A stretch of DNA of 64,000 bases from an uncultured Fimbriimonadaceae bacterium. Its GTDB lineage: Bacteria; Armatimonadota; Fimbriimonadia; Fimbriimonadales; Fimbriimonadaceae. The stretch lies in contig CBFGUV010000003.1 in NCBI GenBank assembly GCA_965652385.1, positions 41,411 through 105,410 on the forward strand, given 5' to 3'. The notes beneath the pieces were generated by a model, which made no database searches, had not been told where the DNA came from, and was given only the letters and a program-made list of their open reading frames with translations. Position 1 is the first letter of the stretch. Each line of letters begins with the position of its first letter. The translations under genes and the position numbers were made by a program. Shown one piece after another: positions 35,583 to 44,463 of the stretch.

Positions 35583-36725
35583 GTGAGCTGGATTCTATGG
35601 CTTGCTTGGCGGGGGTTCTATTGCTCTCGCGATGTCTCCACTCCTCAAATTGTTGTCCGGGACAAGAAAGTGCTCGACCTGAATCCTGCGGCCTCAGACC
35701 ACGGAATTCAGGTTGGCATGACTCAATCTGAAGCCCGGAACATCTTGCCAGGCTGTCTCATCCAGCCTTGGCACCCGGATCAGTTTAAAGATGCCCAGGA
35801 GAATTGGCTGAAACTCTGCCTGCCGTATACCGGCCGCATCCAGCCCCTCGACGATCATATCGCCGCACTCGATTTAGGCCAGCACCCGGTTCCATACGAT
35901 ATCGCAGTTGCCCTCATTGATGAGTTGATGGCCGCTGTCAAACTTCCATTGAGATATGGAGCTGGCCCAACCAAATGGGTGTCGCGGTTGGCATCAGAAC
36001 ATTTCGAGTTGGTGCGCTCTGTGGCTGATCCGCCTGCCTTCGTTGCTCCTTACCCCATCGAAGAGCTGGCGCCTGTCTCGGCAGCGTCAAAATCCCGCCT
36101 CAAAGATTTCGGTTACCACACCATTGGTACAGCCGCTCATATCCCGTTCTCAGTCCTGCAGCAGCAGTTTCAGGCGGAGGCTCTAACCGTCCGCAATGCC
36201 TGCCTTGGAGGGGGGCTTGATCCCGTTCAGCCTCTCTATCCGCGAGGAGTGCTGCACGAGTCTATTCGCTTTGAGGGGGAGGTTGAAAACGCCGAGGTTA
36301 TCAATGATGCCTTGAGGAGGCTCGCGAGTTTGTTGGGAGAAAGACTTTCTGGCCAGCAAGCGGGTCAGATTGATCTCGTACTGGATTTTGAAGAATCGCG
36401 TTCTTTTACAATCAATCGTCGGCTTCCCCGTCCAATCGCGGCTACTTACGGCATCTACTCGATTCTGCGCATCCTTGTCGAACCTGCGTTGAAGCAATCA
36501 ACCGCCCCTATCGCCGGAATTCAGTGCCGCTTGGCCGATTTAACTCCGGCTGGATATCGACAGAAACAGCTCTTCACTACCGAATCAAAGATCGCATCAG
36601 AATTTGCCACTCGAAGTGTGCGAATGGCCTTGGGGAATGACTCTGTTGTGCTGGGGAGGCACATCAAGCAATCAAGGCGAGCCCTTGTCCTGCAGGAGTG
36701 GAAGAATGCCACCGGATGGCGCTGA
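35583..36725 (+). CDS. imuB: ImuB-like Y-family polymerase homologue (mutasome accessory protein)
   Basis: N-terminus ILWLAWRGF...NPAASDHGIQVGMTQSEARNILP is Y-family/ImuB-like, without an obvious catalytic acidic triad. It starts 4 nt after the PE gene and sits directly upstream of dnaE2. Confidence 0.75.
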   Translation: MSWILWLAWRGFYCSRDVSTPQIVVRDKKVLDLNPAASDHGIQVGMTQSEARNILPGCLIQPWHPDQFKDAQENWLKLCLPYTGRIQPLDDHIAALDLGQHPVPYDIAVALIDELMAAVKLPLRYGAGPTKWVSRLASEHFELVRSVADPPAFVAPYPIEELAPVSAASKSRLKDFGYHTIGTAAHIPFSVLQQQFQAEALTVRNACLGGGLDPVQPLYPRGVLHESIRFEGEVENAEVINDALRRLASLLGERLSGQQAGQIDLVLDFEESRSFTINRRLPRPIAATYGIYSILRILVEPALKQSTAPIAGIQCRLADLTPAGYRQKQLFTTESKIASEFATRSVRMALGNDSVVLGRHIKQSRRALVLQEWKNATGWR

Positions 36726-39700
36726 GCTTCTTGCTCATTGGCGCGAAGCAGGCGAGTGGTGGTGTGGCGCGCCTGAGCGAGAAGTCCACCGCTGGCTGGA
36801 TAAAAAGGGGGTTCTTCGCGAGGAGATTCAGCCCTATCACCGAAAATCTGCAGGCGGCTCCAGCTCAGTGCGAGTGCGCCGGGTCAGAGACGAAAAAGTG
36901 AGCCTCGCATGCGGGATGGCAGTCCCAGACAACTATGGCAATGCGAAAGCCCAGGCCAAGAAAGGCGTGCTCCTCCACGCCATGAGCGGATGCGCCTTTG
37001 GCCGCAGCACGATGATCGCGGCTGAAATCCCGGCGATGGCGGCCGAGCAGGGCTACCACTCTGCACTCCTCGCAGATCCCTTCGCCTTGACTGGCGCCTA
37101 CGAGTTTCAGAAAACAGCCGGAATCGTCGGAATCAAGCCTCTCATCGGAGCAACGATAGAGATGGAAGAAGGCGGAGAGCTCGTGCTGATTGCCAAAGAT
37201 GCCGAGGGATACCGCACTCTTTCCCGCCTTATTACCGAATGTCATCTGTCAGAGCCGCGAGGTTATCCGCTATGCAATCCTGCTCGCCTCGCAAAGCACA
37301 CCAAAGGGTTGATCTGCCTGACTGGCGGAAACAACGGGCCCCTGGATCGCATGCTGATGCGTCGAGAGTGGCATGCGGCTGAAGATCTGCTGAAGAATCT
37401 CATCCGCATTTATAATTCAAGAGTCTATGTGCAGGTGGAGAGATCCTTTCTTCCGTGGAGCATCTCGGTAGAAAAGAGACTCCTTGAGCTCTGTGAACGG
37501 CACAAGGTCACTCCGGTGGCTGGTGGTCCAGTGCTGCATCAGCACCCAGAGCATTTCCCTGCCCAAGACGTTCTGACCTGCATCCATACGCTGTGTCTCA
37601 TTGAGGAGATTGATGGCCGCAAACCCCGACGTGATTCCACTCAAGCAAACCCACATCTCCCTCCTCGCAGGGAACTTAATGCAGAACGCCACCTCCGATC
37701 TGCCCAAAGCCTGAGAAAGATCTACGCGGATCAGTCACAGCTGATAGAAAATGCCGAGCAGATAGCAGAGCAGTGCGAAGACTGGGTGCTTCCTGGCCGC
37801 ATCAATCCTCCACAATTCTGCAAAGACGAAGGCTCTCTGCTGACTCGGCTAGTGGAGGCGGGCGCACATCTGCGCTACCCAAGACAATCCCCAAAACTGC
37901 GCGCCAGACTCAAAATAGAACTTGATCGAATCATTCGATTGGGCTACTCAAGGCACTTTCTGATTGCCTGGGATATGTGTAATTGGGCTCAAGAACAAGG
38001 CATCCTGCATAGCGGACGAGGTTCCGTTGTTGATTCGCGGGTCGCTTATTGTCTTGGTTTAAGCCGTATTGATGCTGACAAATTCAAGCTTCATTTCGAC
38101 CGCTTTCTGCCCGCAGATGGGAGCAAGCGCCCTGACATAGATATTGACTTTGAGGCGGCAAGGCGGGAGGACGTCAGACAGTATCTTGTCCGCAAATACG
38201 GGGACGAACATGTGGCGACCGTAGCCGCAATTGGAACATACGGATCTCGAGGCATAGTCCGCGAAGCTGGGAAAGTATTGGGAATACCCATAGAGAGCAT
38301 CAGCTATCTAACCAAAAGGCTGCATGGGAGCGTGACACCAGAGCGCTTAGAAACGGCCCTTGACGCGCGCCCCGAGCTGCGCGACAGTCAGATTCCCCGA
38401 GAAAAGTTTCACTGGATTTTCAAGCTGTCAGAACAGTTGATGGACCTTCCCCGCAGCCTGAGGGCTCATTCATCTGGCGTGATCGTCTCTGAGGTCCCGA
38501 TTGCAGATGTTGTTCCGGTCGTCCACTCAGGGGTGGAGGGAGTAAAGATCATCCAGTGGGATAAGCGAAGCGCCAAACACTGTTTTGATAAGTTTGATGT
38601 GCTCTGTCTGCGGGGCAACGATGTTCTGGGTGGCGCGGTCCGCAATGCCGATCACCAATTCAATGTCACTGACCTCCCTCTAGATGATCCTGAGACTTAC
38701 CGAGCCATGCGGGCCGGCGAATTGATTGGAATACCCCAATCGGCCTCTCCCGCCATGCGGCAGGCTCATATCCGCATCGGCACGAGTGACCTGAAAGAAG
38801 CGGGCATTGTCCAAGCCGGCATTCGCCCTGGAGTGGGGGGAGCCGTCAAGCTGAATGAATACATCGCTCGGCGACAAGGAAAGCGATTCAACTTGGTGCA
38901 TCCGAAGATGGAGCGAATCCTAGGGCCGACCCTGGGAATTGTAGTGTTTCAAGAACAGATTGACCAACTCCTTCAAACATTTGGTGGATACAGCGGAGAT
39001 GACGCAGAGAGGATTCGAGAAGGAATTCACAAGGACAGGCATGATTTCGCCAGCAAGATCAAAGATGACGTGGTATCCAAGATCATTGAGAAGGGGTTCA
39101 ATCGCCTGGTTGCTGAAGAGGTTTATACGCTCGTCTCGGGATTCAAAGGCTATGGATTTGCCGAAGGACACGCGCTCTCTTTTGCCGAAGTTTCTATCCG
39201 CTCAATATGGTGTCAGCAGAACTACCCGGCACCCTATTTTGCCGCTCTCCTTGATGCCCAACCCGCAGGCTACTATGGCCCGGCAACGATTGCAAACGAA
39301 GCTCGCGGTCGTGGAGTGAAGGTTCTGCCTCCCTGCGTGAATAGAAGCGGTCTGAAATATACGGTGGAGGACGTCAAGTCTGATGAAGACCCGATCCTCA
39401 CCTTCCCCCAGGGCGGAATCCGCGTATCGCTTGAACAGATCAGCGGCATCAGCAAAGAGATTGCCCGCAGAATCATAGAATGCCAACCTTTTGGTTCCTT
39501 TTTTGATTTCGTAGCCCGTGTGCGCCCGGCTCGTGATGAATTGGAGCAGATCATAAACTGTGGAGCTTGTGATGACATGACATCCAATCGTCGGTCTCTG
39601 CTCTGGGCCATGGAAAGCGCGATGAGCTACGCCGATACAGTGAAGAGCAGGCCAGACACCCTGCCCCTTACATACCCCGAACCCCAACTGCCGACTGTTG

Positions 39701-40161
39701 CTGACTTCACGGAGACCGAGAAGGCAATCGCTGAGCGGCGAATTCTCGGACTTGATGTAAAGCGTCATCTTATGGGCTTTGAAAGAGACCGCATCTCAGC
39801 GCGAGGCGGTTTGACTTCAGCGGAAGCCTCACGCTACCTTGGAAGCGAGAAAATCTTCGTCGTTGGCAATCCCATCCGCCTTCGCTTCCCTCCCACTCAG
39901 AGCGGTCGACGCGTCATGTTCTTCGACTTGGAGGATGAGACTGGCCTGCTCAATGTCACCTGCTTTGATGATGTCTATCAGCGCGATGGGCACAAGGTGA
40001 TCTGCAATCCCTACATCACGGTTTGGGGGCAAACGCAGAATCGCGACGGACACATTGCCTTCATGGCCAAAACGATACACCCCTATACGCCGGAGCATGT
40101 GAAGCAGGGAGAGATCGTGGATCCCCTTCCACTGGTGACTGCCGATTTCCTAGTCAGCTGA
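36706..40161 (+). CDS. dnaE2: Error-prone DNA polymerase III alpha-type subunit
   Basis: PHP-like start LLHAMSGCAFGRSTM, polymerase core (DIDIDF, RAHSSGVIVS, FEQIDQLL-type segments), and a C-terminal OB fold. I chose the start at M35 of the track ORF (MPPDGAELL), which overlaps imuB by 20 nt. Confidence 0.92.
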   Translation: MPPDGAELLAHWREAGEWWCGAPEREVHRWLDKKGVLREEIQPYHRKSAGGSSSVRVRRVRDEKVSLACGMAVPDNYGNAKAQAKKGVLLHAMSGCAFGRSTMIAAEIPAMAAEQGYHSALLADPFALTGAYEFQKTAGIVGIKPLIGATIEMEEGGELVLIAKDAEGYRTLSRLITECHLSEPRGYPLCNPARLAKHTKGLICLTGGNNGPLDRMLMRREWHAAEDLLKNLIRIYNSRVYVQVERSFLPWSISVEKRLLELCERHKVTPVAGGPVLHQHPEHFPAQDVLTCIHTLCLIEEIDGRKPRRDSTQANPHLPPRRELNAERHLRSAQSLRKIYADQSQLIENAEQIAEQCEDWVLPGRINPPQFCKDEGSLLTRLVEAGAHLRYPRQSPKLRARLKIELDRIIRLGYSRHFLIAWDMCNWAQEQGILHSGRGSVVDSRVAYCLGLSRIDADKFKLHFDRFLPADGSKRPDIDIDFEAARREDVRQYLVRKYGDEHVATVAAIGTYGSRGIVREAGKVLGIPIESISYLTKRLHGSVTPERLETALDARPELRDSQIPREKFHWIFKLSEQLMDLPRSLRAHSSGVIVSEVPIADVVPVVHSGVEGVKIIQWDKRSAKHCFDKFDVLCLRGNDVLGGAVRNADHQFNVTDLPLDDPETYRAMRAGELIGIPQSASPAMRQAHIRIGTSDLKEAGIVQAGIRPGVGGAVKLNEYIARRQGKRFNLVHPKMERILGPTLGIVVFQEQIDQLLQTFGGYSGDDAERIREGIHKDRHDFASKIKDDVVSKIIEKGFNRLVAEEVYTLVSGFKGYGFAEGHALSFAEVSIRSIWCQQNYPAPYFAALLDAQPAGYYGPATIANEARGRGVKVLPPCVNRSGLKYTVEDVKSDEDPILTFPQGGIRVSLEQISGISKEIARRIIECQPFGSFFDFVARVRPARDELEQIINCGACDDMTSNRRSLLWAMESAMSYADTVKSRPDTLPLTYPEPQLPTVADFTETEKAIAERRILGLDVKRHLMGFERDRISARGGLTSAEASRYLGSEKIFVVGNPIRLRFPPTQSGRRVMFFDLEDETGLLNVTCFDDVYQRDGHKVICNPYITVWGQTQNRDGHIAFMAKTIHPYTPEHVKQGEIVDPLPLVTADFLVS

Positions 40162-40800
40162 TTTCACCAACCCATCCGGCGTCTCGCAGAGGGCGTCGGC
40201 TCCGGCTTCGGTGAGTTCTTTGCGGGTGCCGTAGCCGTAGAGGACGCCGAGGGAGTGCAGGCCATTGGCCTTCGCGCCAAGCACGTCGTGCTTGCGATCG
40301 CCGATCATGGTGGCGGTGGTGGGGGCGATATTTTCCTGTTCAACCAGGTGTCCCAGGAGGTCTGCTTTATTGGAGCGCGTCCCGTCGAGTTCGCTGCCGT
40401 AGATGCCTTTGAAATGCGGCGACAGCCCAAAGTGGTCCAGGATTCGGGAGGCGTAGGTCAGCGGCTTTGAGGTGGCGACGTAGAGGCTGCACCCTTGAAC
40501 GGCAAGCTCGGCCAGCGCCTCGGGAATGCCTGCGTACACCTCGTTCTCGTAGAGACCGACATCGGCGAAGCGCTCTCGATACAGGGCCACCGCTTGCGCC
40601 ACATCCTCGGCATCATCCCTGCCCAGCAGCTTTGGAAAAGAGTCAGGCAGAGGCGGGCCGATGCACCAGGTGAGGGTCTCCAGTTCGGGCACGGCGCATC
40701 CCATCTTTTCCAGCGCGTAGGCGATGCAGCGGGTGATGCCGGGCTTGGGGTCGGTCAGGGTTCCGTCGAGATCGAAGATGACATGCGCCGACCGAATCAC
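40150..40800 (-). CDS. HAD-superfamily hydrolase (phosphoglycolate phosphatase-like)
   Basis: Motif I VIFDLDGTLTD, motif II ATSK, motif III/IV K...GDRKHDV. Confidence 0.85.
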   Translation of the reverse strand: MIRSAHVIFDLDGTLTDPKPGITRCIAYALEKMGCAVPELETLTWCIGPPLPDSFPKLLGRDDAEDVAQAVALYRERFADVGLYENEVYAGIPEALAELAVQGCSLYVATSKPLTYASRILDHFGLSPHFKGIYGSELDGTRSNKADLLGHLVEQENIAPTTATMIGDRKHDVLGAKANGLHSLGVLYGYGTRKELTEAGADALCETPDGLVKSAD

Positions 40801-40810
40801 GGCCAGAGTA

Positions 40811-41608
40811 TTACCGAAACTCGGCCGATGTCACTTCCGCCCGGAAGAACTCACCCTCCGACTCGAACCGATCCGAGCCAAAGAACCAACCCACCCTCAC
40901 GTGGCTGGGCATTGTATAGCCGCCGAATGCCCTCTCCTCTTCGACCACACCACCAAAAGGTTGGTCCCTATATGACTCTCCGCCAAAGTCGCTCCATCTC
41001 TCCAGCGAAACAGACTCCAACCGCCCACTCTCTGCGATCCCGAACTCGACGTCCATCCCTTTTACATGTGCGCGATTCTCGTTCCAAGGGGATTCGCAAA
41101 GCATCGAGGGCAGCCAGATCGACTCTGCCGCCAGCCGCCCCTTCGCCGACCGGGTGACATCTCCTCCAGTGGCCGACATCACCGGAATCAGCCCCAGCAG
41201 CTTCCACTTCATCTCTCCCGCTCCATCCAGCAGGCGGTCATAGCCGCTGATCGGCAGTCCGCCCATCCGGGCGGTGGCGCGCCAGATCATTTCGTGATTG
41301 ATCGTGATCACCTGCTCCGCGCGGAAAGGAGCCCAATTCTTCAGCTTGATCTCCCCCTCCATCCGCAGCCGCACCGCGCGCGCCAGCACAGTGCCTTCCG
41401 CAATCGCGTGGCTCAGATACCGCTGCGCATCTGCGGACAGCGAAGCAATCCGATCTGCCGTAAAAATTTCGCGCCCGGGCTCCACCGATTCCCACAGGCG
41501 ATCCAGGTCACCCATGCCTGCTAGTATAGGGTCCCCGGGCAGCAGACCCGCGCCCTCCACATGCTCGGGCTGGATCGCATCGAAACCGGATGCAACCTGG
41601 ACACCCAC
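40811..41608 (-). CDS. Hypothetical protein
   Basis: 265-aa ORF with ordinary composition. No motif assigned. Confidence 0.55.
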   Translation of the reverse strand: MGVQVASGFDAIQPEHVEGAGLLPGDPILAGMGDLDRLWESVEPGREIFTADRIASLSADAQRYLSHAIAEGTVLARAVRLRMEGEIKLKNWAPFRAEQVITINHEMIWRATARMGGLPISGYDRLLDGAGEMKWKLLGLIPVMSATGGDVTRSAKGRLAAESIWLPSMLCESPWNENRAHVKGMDVEFGIAESGRLESVSLERWSDFGGESYRDQPFGGVVEEERAFGGYTMPSHVRVGWFFGSDRFESEGEFFRAEVTSAEFR

Positions 41609-41637
41609 GCCTCGAAGCGATCCACCGAACTGCTGAT

Positions 41638-42762
41638 CTAGTAGCGGAAGATTGCCGCCGCCGGTGCTTCGGAGAGCATCATCTCTGGATCAAGGGTGCA
41701 GACTTCGCCGCTCTTGAGCAGGGTCGCGATGGCCGCTTCATTGACCTTCTCGCCATCCTTCCCCGTCGGCGGGGTGCCATCCATCGAAATCAGCAGGGTT
41801 TCGACCCGCCCCGCCTCGGCGGCATCATTGATCTCGCTGATGATCGAGGAGGCGACGCCTTTCGCATTCAGTTCGCGGAAGCGCTCTAGCGTCTCCTTTT
41901 CTCGCTTGTCGAACTTCGGCGCGATCTTCTCCCAGGCTTCCCGGTGAAGCTCCTCTATCGGCCGATGCTCCTGGTTGCCGTGGATCTCGGCTTCGATCAG
42001 CTCTGCGGACTGGTTGGCTTCTCGATAGATCGGCAGAAGATAGTCCACGCCTGCCAAAACCACCGGACCCGGCACGTTGTTGAAGACCGGATGCAGGCCC
42101 TTGTCCACCATATCGAAGTAGCGCTTCAGATTCACCTTGTGCTCCTCCATGCCCGTCTTGTCGCCCGTGCCGTGGAACATGGCCGCCCGACCCGCGCCGC
42201 TGGGATTGTTGCCGGCTCTGGTGTGCCATTGCAGCTGCTTCTGGTTGTCGTCGGCAAAAAGGGCCTCGGCCATGCTGGTGGGCACACCCTGCAGCCGGAC
42301 TTCATACAGGCTGAAGCGGTTGGCATCATACAGCTTCACTTCGTCTTCGCTGAGCGCGAGAATGTAGAAGCGTCCGTTGCGGCTGAGCAGAGGCATCAGC
42401 GGAAGAATGTGAAACCGCTTGTTGACAGACTGCATCTCGGGGGCATCGATGGGCAGCCGATAGATCTTGGTCATGCCCGGCGCGATGAAGAGCGCGAGCC
42501 CCTCTTCCTGATTCGTCCAGAACTCCTGATCTTCACGGAGCTTGTCGGCTTCTGCCAGGAGTTCGTCGATCTCTCGCTGGTCCCGGCCCTGCTGCGAAAG
42601 CTCTTCTCGCACGGACTTCAGCAGGTTCTTCAGCCGGATGGGATCCTGAGCGGTCTCGCTGCCCTTGCGGTGGGTGGGCATATAGATTGAAATGGCCGGC
42701 TCGTGCGCTTGGCCGACCAGCTCTTCCACTTCCTTTCGAGTTGGCACATCGGGATGACGCAT
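41638..42762 (-). CDS. Bacterial eRF1-like (baeRF family) domain protein; assignment from memory of family features
   Basis: The N-terminus ISIYMPTHRKGSETAQDPIRLKNLL and central MFHGTGD loop resemble what I recall of baeRF-type proteins. 374 aa. Confidence 0.5.
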   Translation of the reverse strand: MRHPDVPTRKEVEELVGQAHEPAISIYMPTHRKGSETAQDPIRLKNLLKSVREELSQQGRDQREIDELLAEADKLREDQEFWTNQEEGLALFIAPGMTKIYRLPIDAPEMQSVNKRFHILPLMPLLSRNGRFYILALSEDEVKLYDANRFSLYEVRLQGVPTSMAEALFADDNQKQLQWHTRAGNNPSGAGRAAMFHGTGDKTGMEEHKVNLKRYFDMVDKGLHPVFNNVPGPVVLAGVDYLLPIYREANQSAELIEAEIHGNQEHRPIEELHREAWEKIAPKFDKREKETLERFRELNAKGVASSIISEINDAAEAGRVETLLISMDGTPPTGKDGEKVNEAAIATLLKSGEVCTLDPEMMLSEAPAAAIFRY

Positions 42763-42799
42763 GCCCTTTCCTACGCCGGGCGCGTCCTTGGTCTGTGCC

Positions 42800-43249
42800 C
42801 TATTTCTGACCGCAGCAGCCGTCCGAATCCGTGCGGAAGCCGGGCACCATCTGCATCGGGCGGTTCTGGAAATCGACGCCGATCATGTCGTCGAGCAGGA
42901 TGTACACCTCCCAGGAGTGGCCATCGGGGTCGGTGACCCATATCTTGTCCTGCTTGGCGTAGCAGCACTCGACCTCCTCTTCGGCGAAAGTGGTCAAACC
43001 GGCCTCGACCATGCGGGTCTTGATCAGGTCCAGCCTGTCTGCCGATTCCAGCAGAATGCCCAGATGGTCCAGGCTTCCCTTCCCTGCAGCTTCACCCTGA
43101 GTGAGAGCCAGCTTGAGGGGAGGCTCAGCCACATCGAAGTTGGCGTAATCGGGCTGCACCTTATGCGGCGGCTGGCCGAAGAAGGCTTCGTAGAATCGGA
43201 TTGAAGCCTCCAGGTCGCGCACGATCAGCGAGAGGTGCATCTTGACCAT
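42800..43249 (-). CDS. ArsI/CadI-family VOC (glyoxalase-fold) metalloenzyme
   Basis: MHLSLIVRDLEASIRFYEAFFG, DHLGILLES, and the family-typical ECCYAKQDKIWVTDPDGHSWEVY with vicinal cysteines. Its ATG overlaps the gdx stop (TGATG). Confidence 0.78.
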   Translation of the reverse strand: MVKMHLSLIVRDLEASIRFYEAFFGQPPHKVQPDYANFDVAEPPLKLALTQGEAAGKGSLDHLGILLESADRLDLIKTRMVEAGLTTFAEEEVECCYAKQDKIWVTDPDGHSWEVYILLDDMIGVDFQNRPMQMVPGFRTDSDGCCGQK

Positions 43250-43599
43250 CAGGCTTCTATCCTACTCTCGTTGGGCGCTTCGTGAGACGCGCTGATCTTG
43301 AGCCCCGCCACGCCGCACAGAATCAAAGCGATGCAGAGGAGCCGGGCGAGCGATGCCGATTCTCCGAAGAGGATGATTCCGGCGATCGCCGTGCCGGACA
43401 TGCCGATTCCCGTCCAGATGGCAAAGGCGGTGCCGATAGGCAGGGAGCGCACGGAGAACGCCAGCAGAATGACGCTTGCCGCCATGAAGATGACGGTGCT
43501 GACCGAAGGCCAAAGTCGAGTGAAGCCCTCAGAATTCTTGAGGCAGACCGCCCAGACGATTTCGAGAAGGCCCGCGATGAGGAGGAGTGTCCAGTTCAT
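43249..43599 (-). CDS. sugE: SMR-family guanidinium exporter (Gdx/SugE)
   Basis: [26 protein letters not shown], four TM helices, 116 aa. A guanidine-II riboswitch lies directly upstream. Confidence 0.9.
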   Translation of the reverse strand: MNWTLLLIAGLLEIVWAVCLKNSEGFTRLWPSVSTVIFMAASVILLAFSVRSLPIGTAFAIWTGIGMSGTAIAGIILFGESASLARLLCIALILCGVAGLKISASHEAPNESRIEA

Positions 43600-43618
43600 T
43601 TTGCTTTCAGGAGTTGAG

Positions 43619-43669
43619 AGGGGCCGTCCCCTGAAAGGCGAAAGAAGAGCCGGGTCGTCCCGACTCTTC
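43619..43669 (-). promoter_or_regulatory. Guanidine-II (mini-ykkC) riboswitch
   Basis: On the minus strand there are two tandem hairpins, each with an ACGR tetraloop closed by G-C pairs. P1 is GAAGAGUCGGG-ACGA-CCCGGCUCUUC (43644..43669). P2 is AGGGG-ACGG-CCCCU (43619..43632). The linker is about 11 nt, and P2 ends 19 nt before the sugE AUG. Confidence 0.85.
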
Positions 43670-43697
43670 TCAAGCTACCTGAACCGATATCGAAGGC

Positions 43698-44429
43698 CTA
43701 GGGTTTGGTGGCGACAAATTCCTTCCAAAGCTCCGCCGGCTCTTTGCCGGTCAGCTCTTTGAACACCGGCATCGGGTCTTCCCGCTTCCGCATGGCGCGG
43801 TCGAGGGCGGGAACCAGGCCCATGTTGTACTTGCGCGACGTCCAGGCCAGGAAGTACGCGGTGGTCCGGTAAGAGTTGTCGTAGTTGTTGCGCTCGGGGT
43901 CGATGCGCGGCCGGGGCGCTTCCGGCTCATACCGCCACCAGCGGATGTAGTCGGCGATGCCCTCTACCAGCCAGCCCGGTTTGGTGCGGCTGTTGGGGTA
44001 CTGCTGGATGACGTGGGTCATCTCGTGGATCACCACACCAAGGTCATCCGGATGCTCGGTGATCCACTTTCCGCTGATCGTGATGTCGCCGCCACTGGCC
44101 CATGCCGGGGCGCTGATCTCCTTCTTGATGATGAGGCGTATCTGGTCAGGCGCCTTGTAGTCTTCGGTCGCCAGCAGGGTGGTCACGGTGCTGAACCACT
44201 TCTCCACCAGCGCCTTGGCCGCATTGCCCCAGGCCTCTCCTTCGGGAAAGTCGGTCGCATCCACCACGACGGGCGGACACTCGATCGGCTTGGCCAGCGG
44301 ATAGACGTAGCGGTCCAGGTCATCGGACTGCGGCGAGCCGATCAGGCTGGCGGCAAGCAGAAGCAGGGCGGATGAAGGCATGATTCCAAGATAGCACGGC
44401 AAAAACGAAAACGGCCCCCCAACCTTCAT
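43698..44429 (-). CDS. Basic secretory protein-like peptidase (peptidase of plants and bacteria, BSP family)
   Basis: Signal peptide, then VIHEMTHVIQQY...GWLVEGIADYIRW (HExxH plus EGxADY). Confidence 0.75.
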   Translation of the reverse strand: MKVGGPFSFLPCYLGIMPSSALLLLAASLIGSPQSDDLDRYVYPLAKPIECPPVVVDATDFPEGEAWGNAAKALVEKWFSTVTTLLATEDYKAPDQIRLIIKKEISAPAWASGGDITISGKWITEHPDDLGVVIHEMTHVIQQYPNSRTKPGWLVEGIADYIRWWRYEPEAPRPRIDPERNNYDNSYRTTAYFLAWTSRKYNMGLVPALDRAMRKREDPMPVFKELTGKEPAELWKEFVATKP

Positions 44430-44463
44430 GGGCGGGGAGGCCGCGACGCAAATTTCTCCGTGA

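Noticed and set aside
36604-36705. Upstream in-frame start for dnaE2
   Set aside because: It would overlap imuB by 122 nt, and the added residues (MPLEVCEWPWGMTLLCWGG...) look like off-frame translation of imuB. The ATG at 36706 is preferred but unproven.
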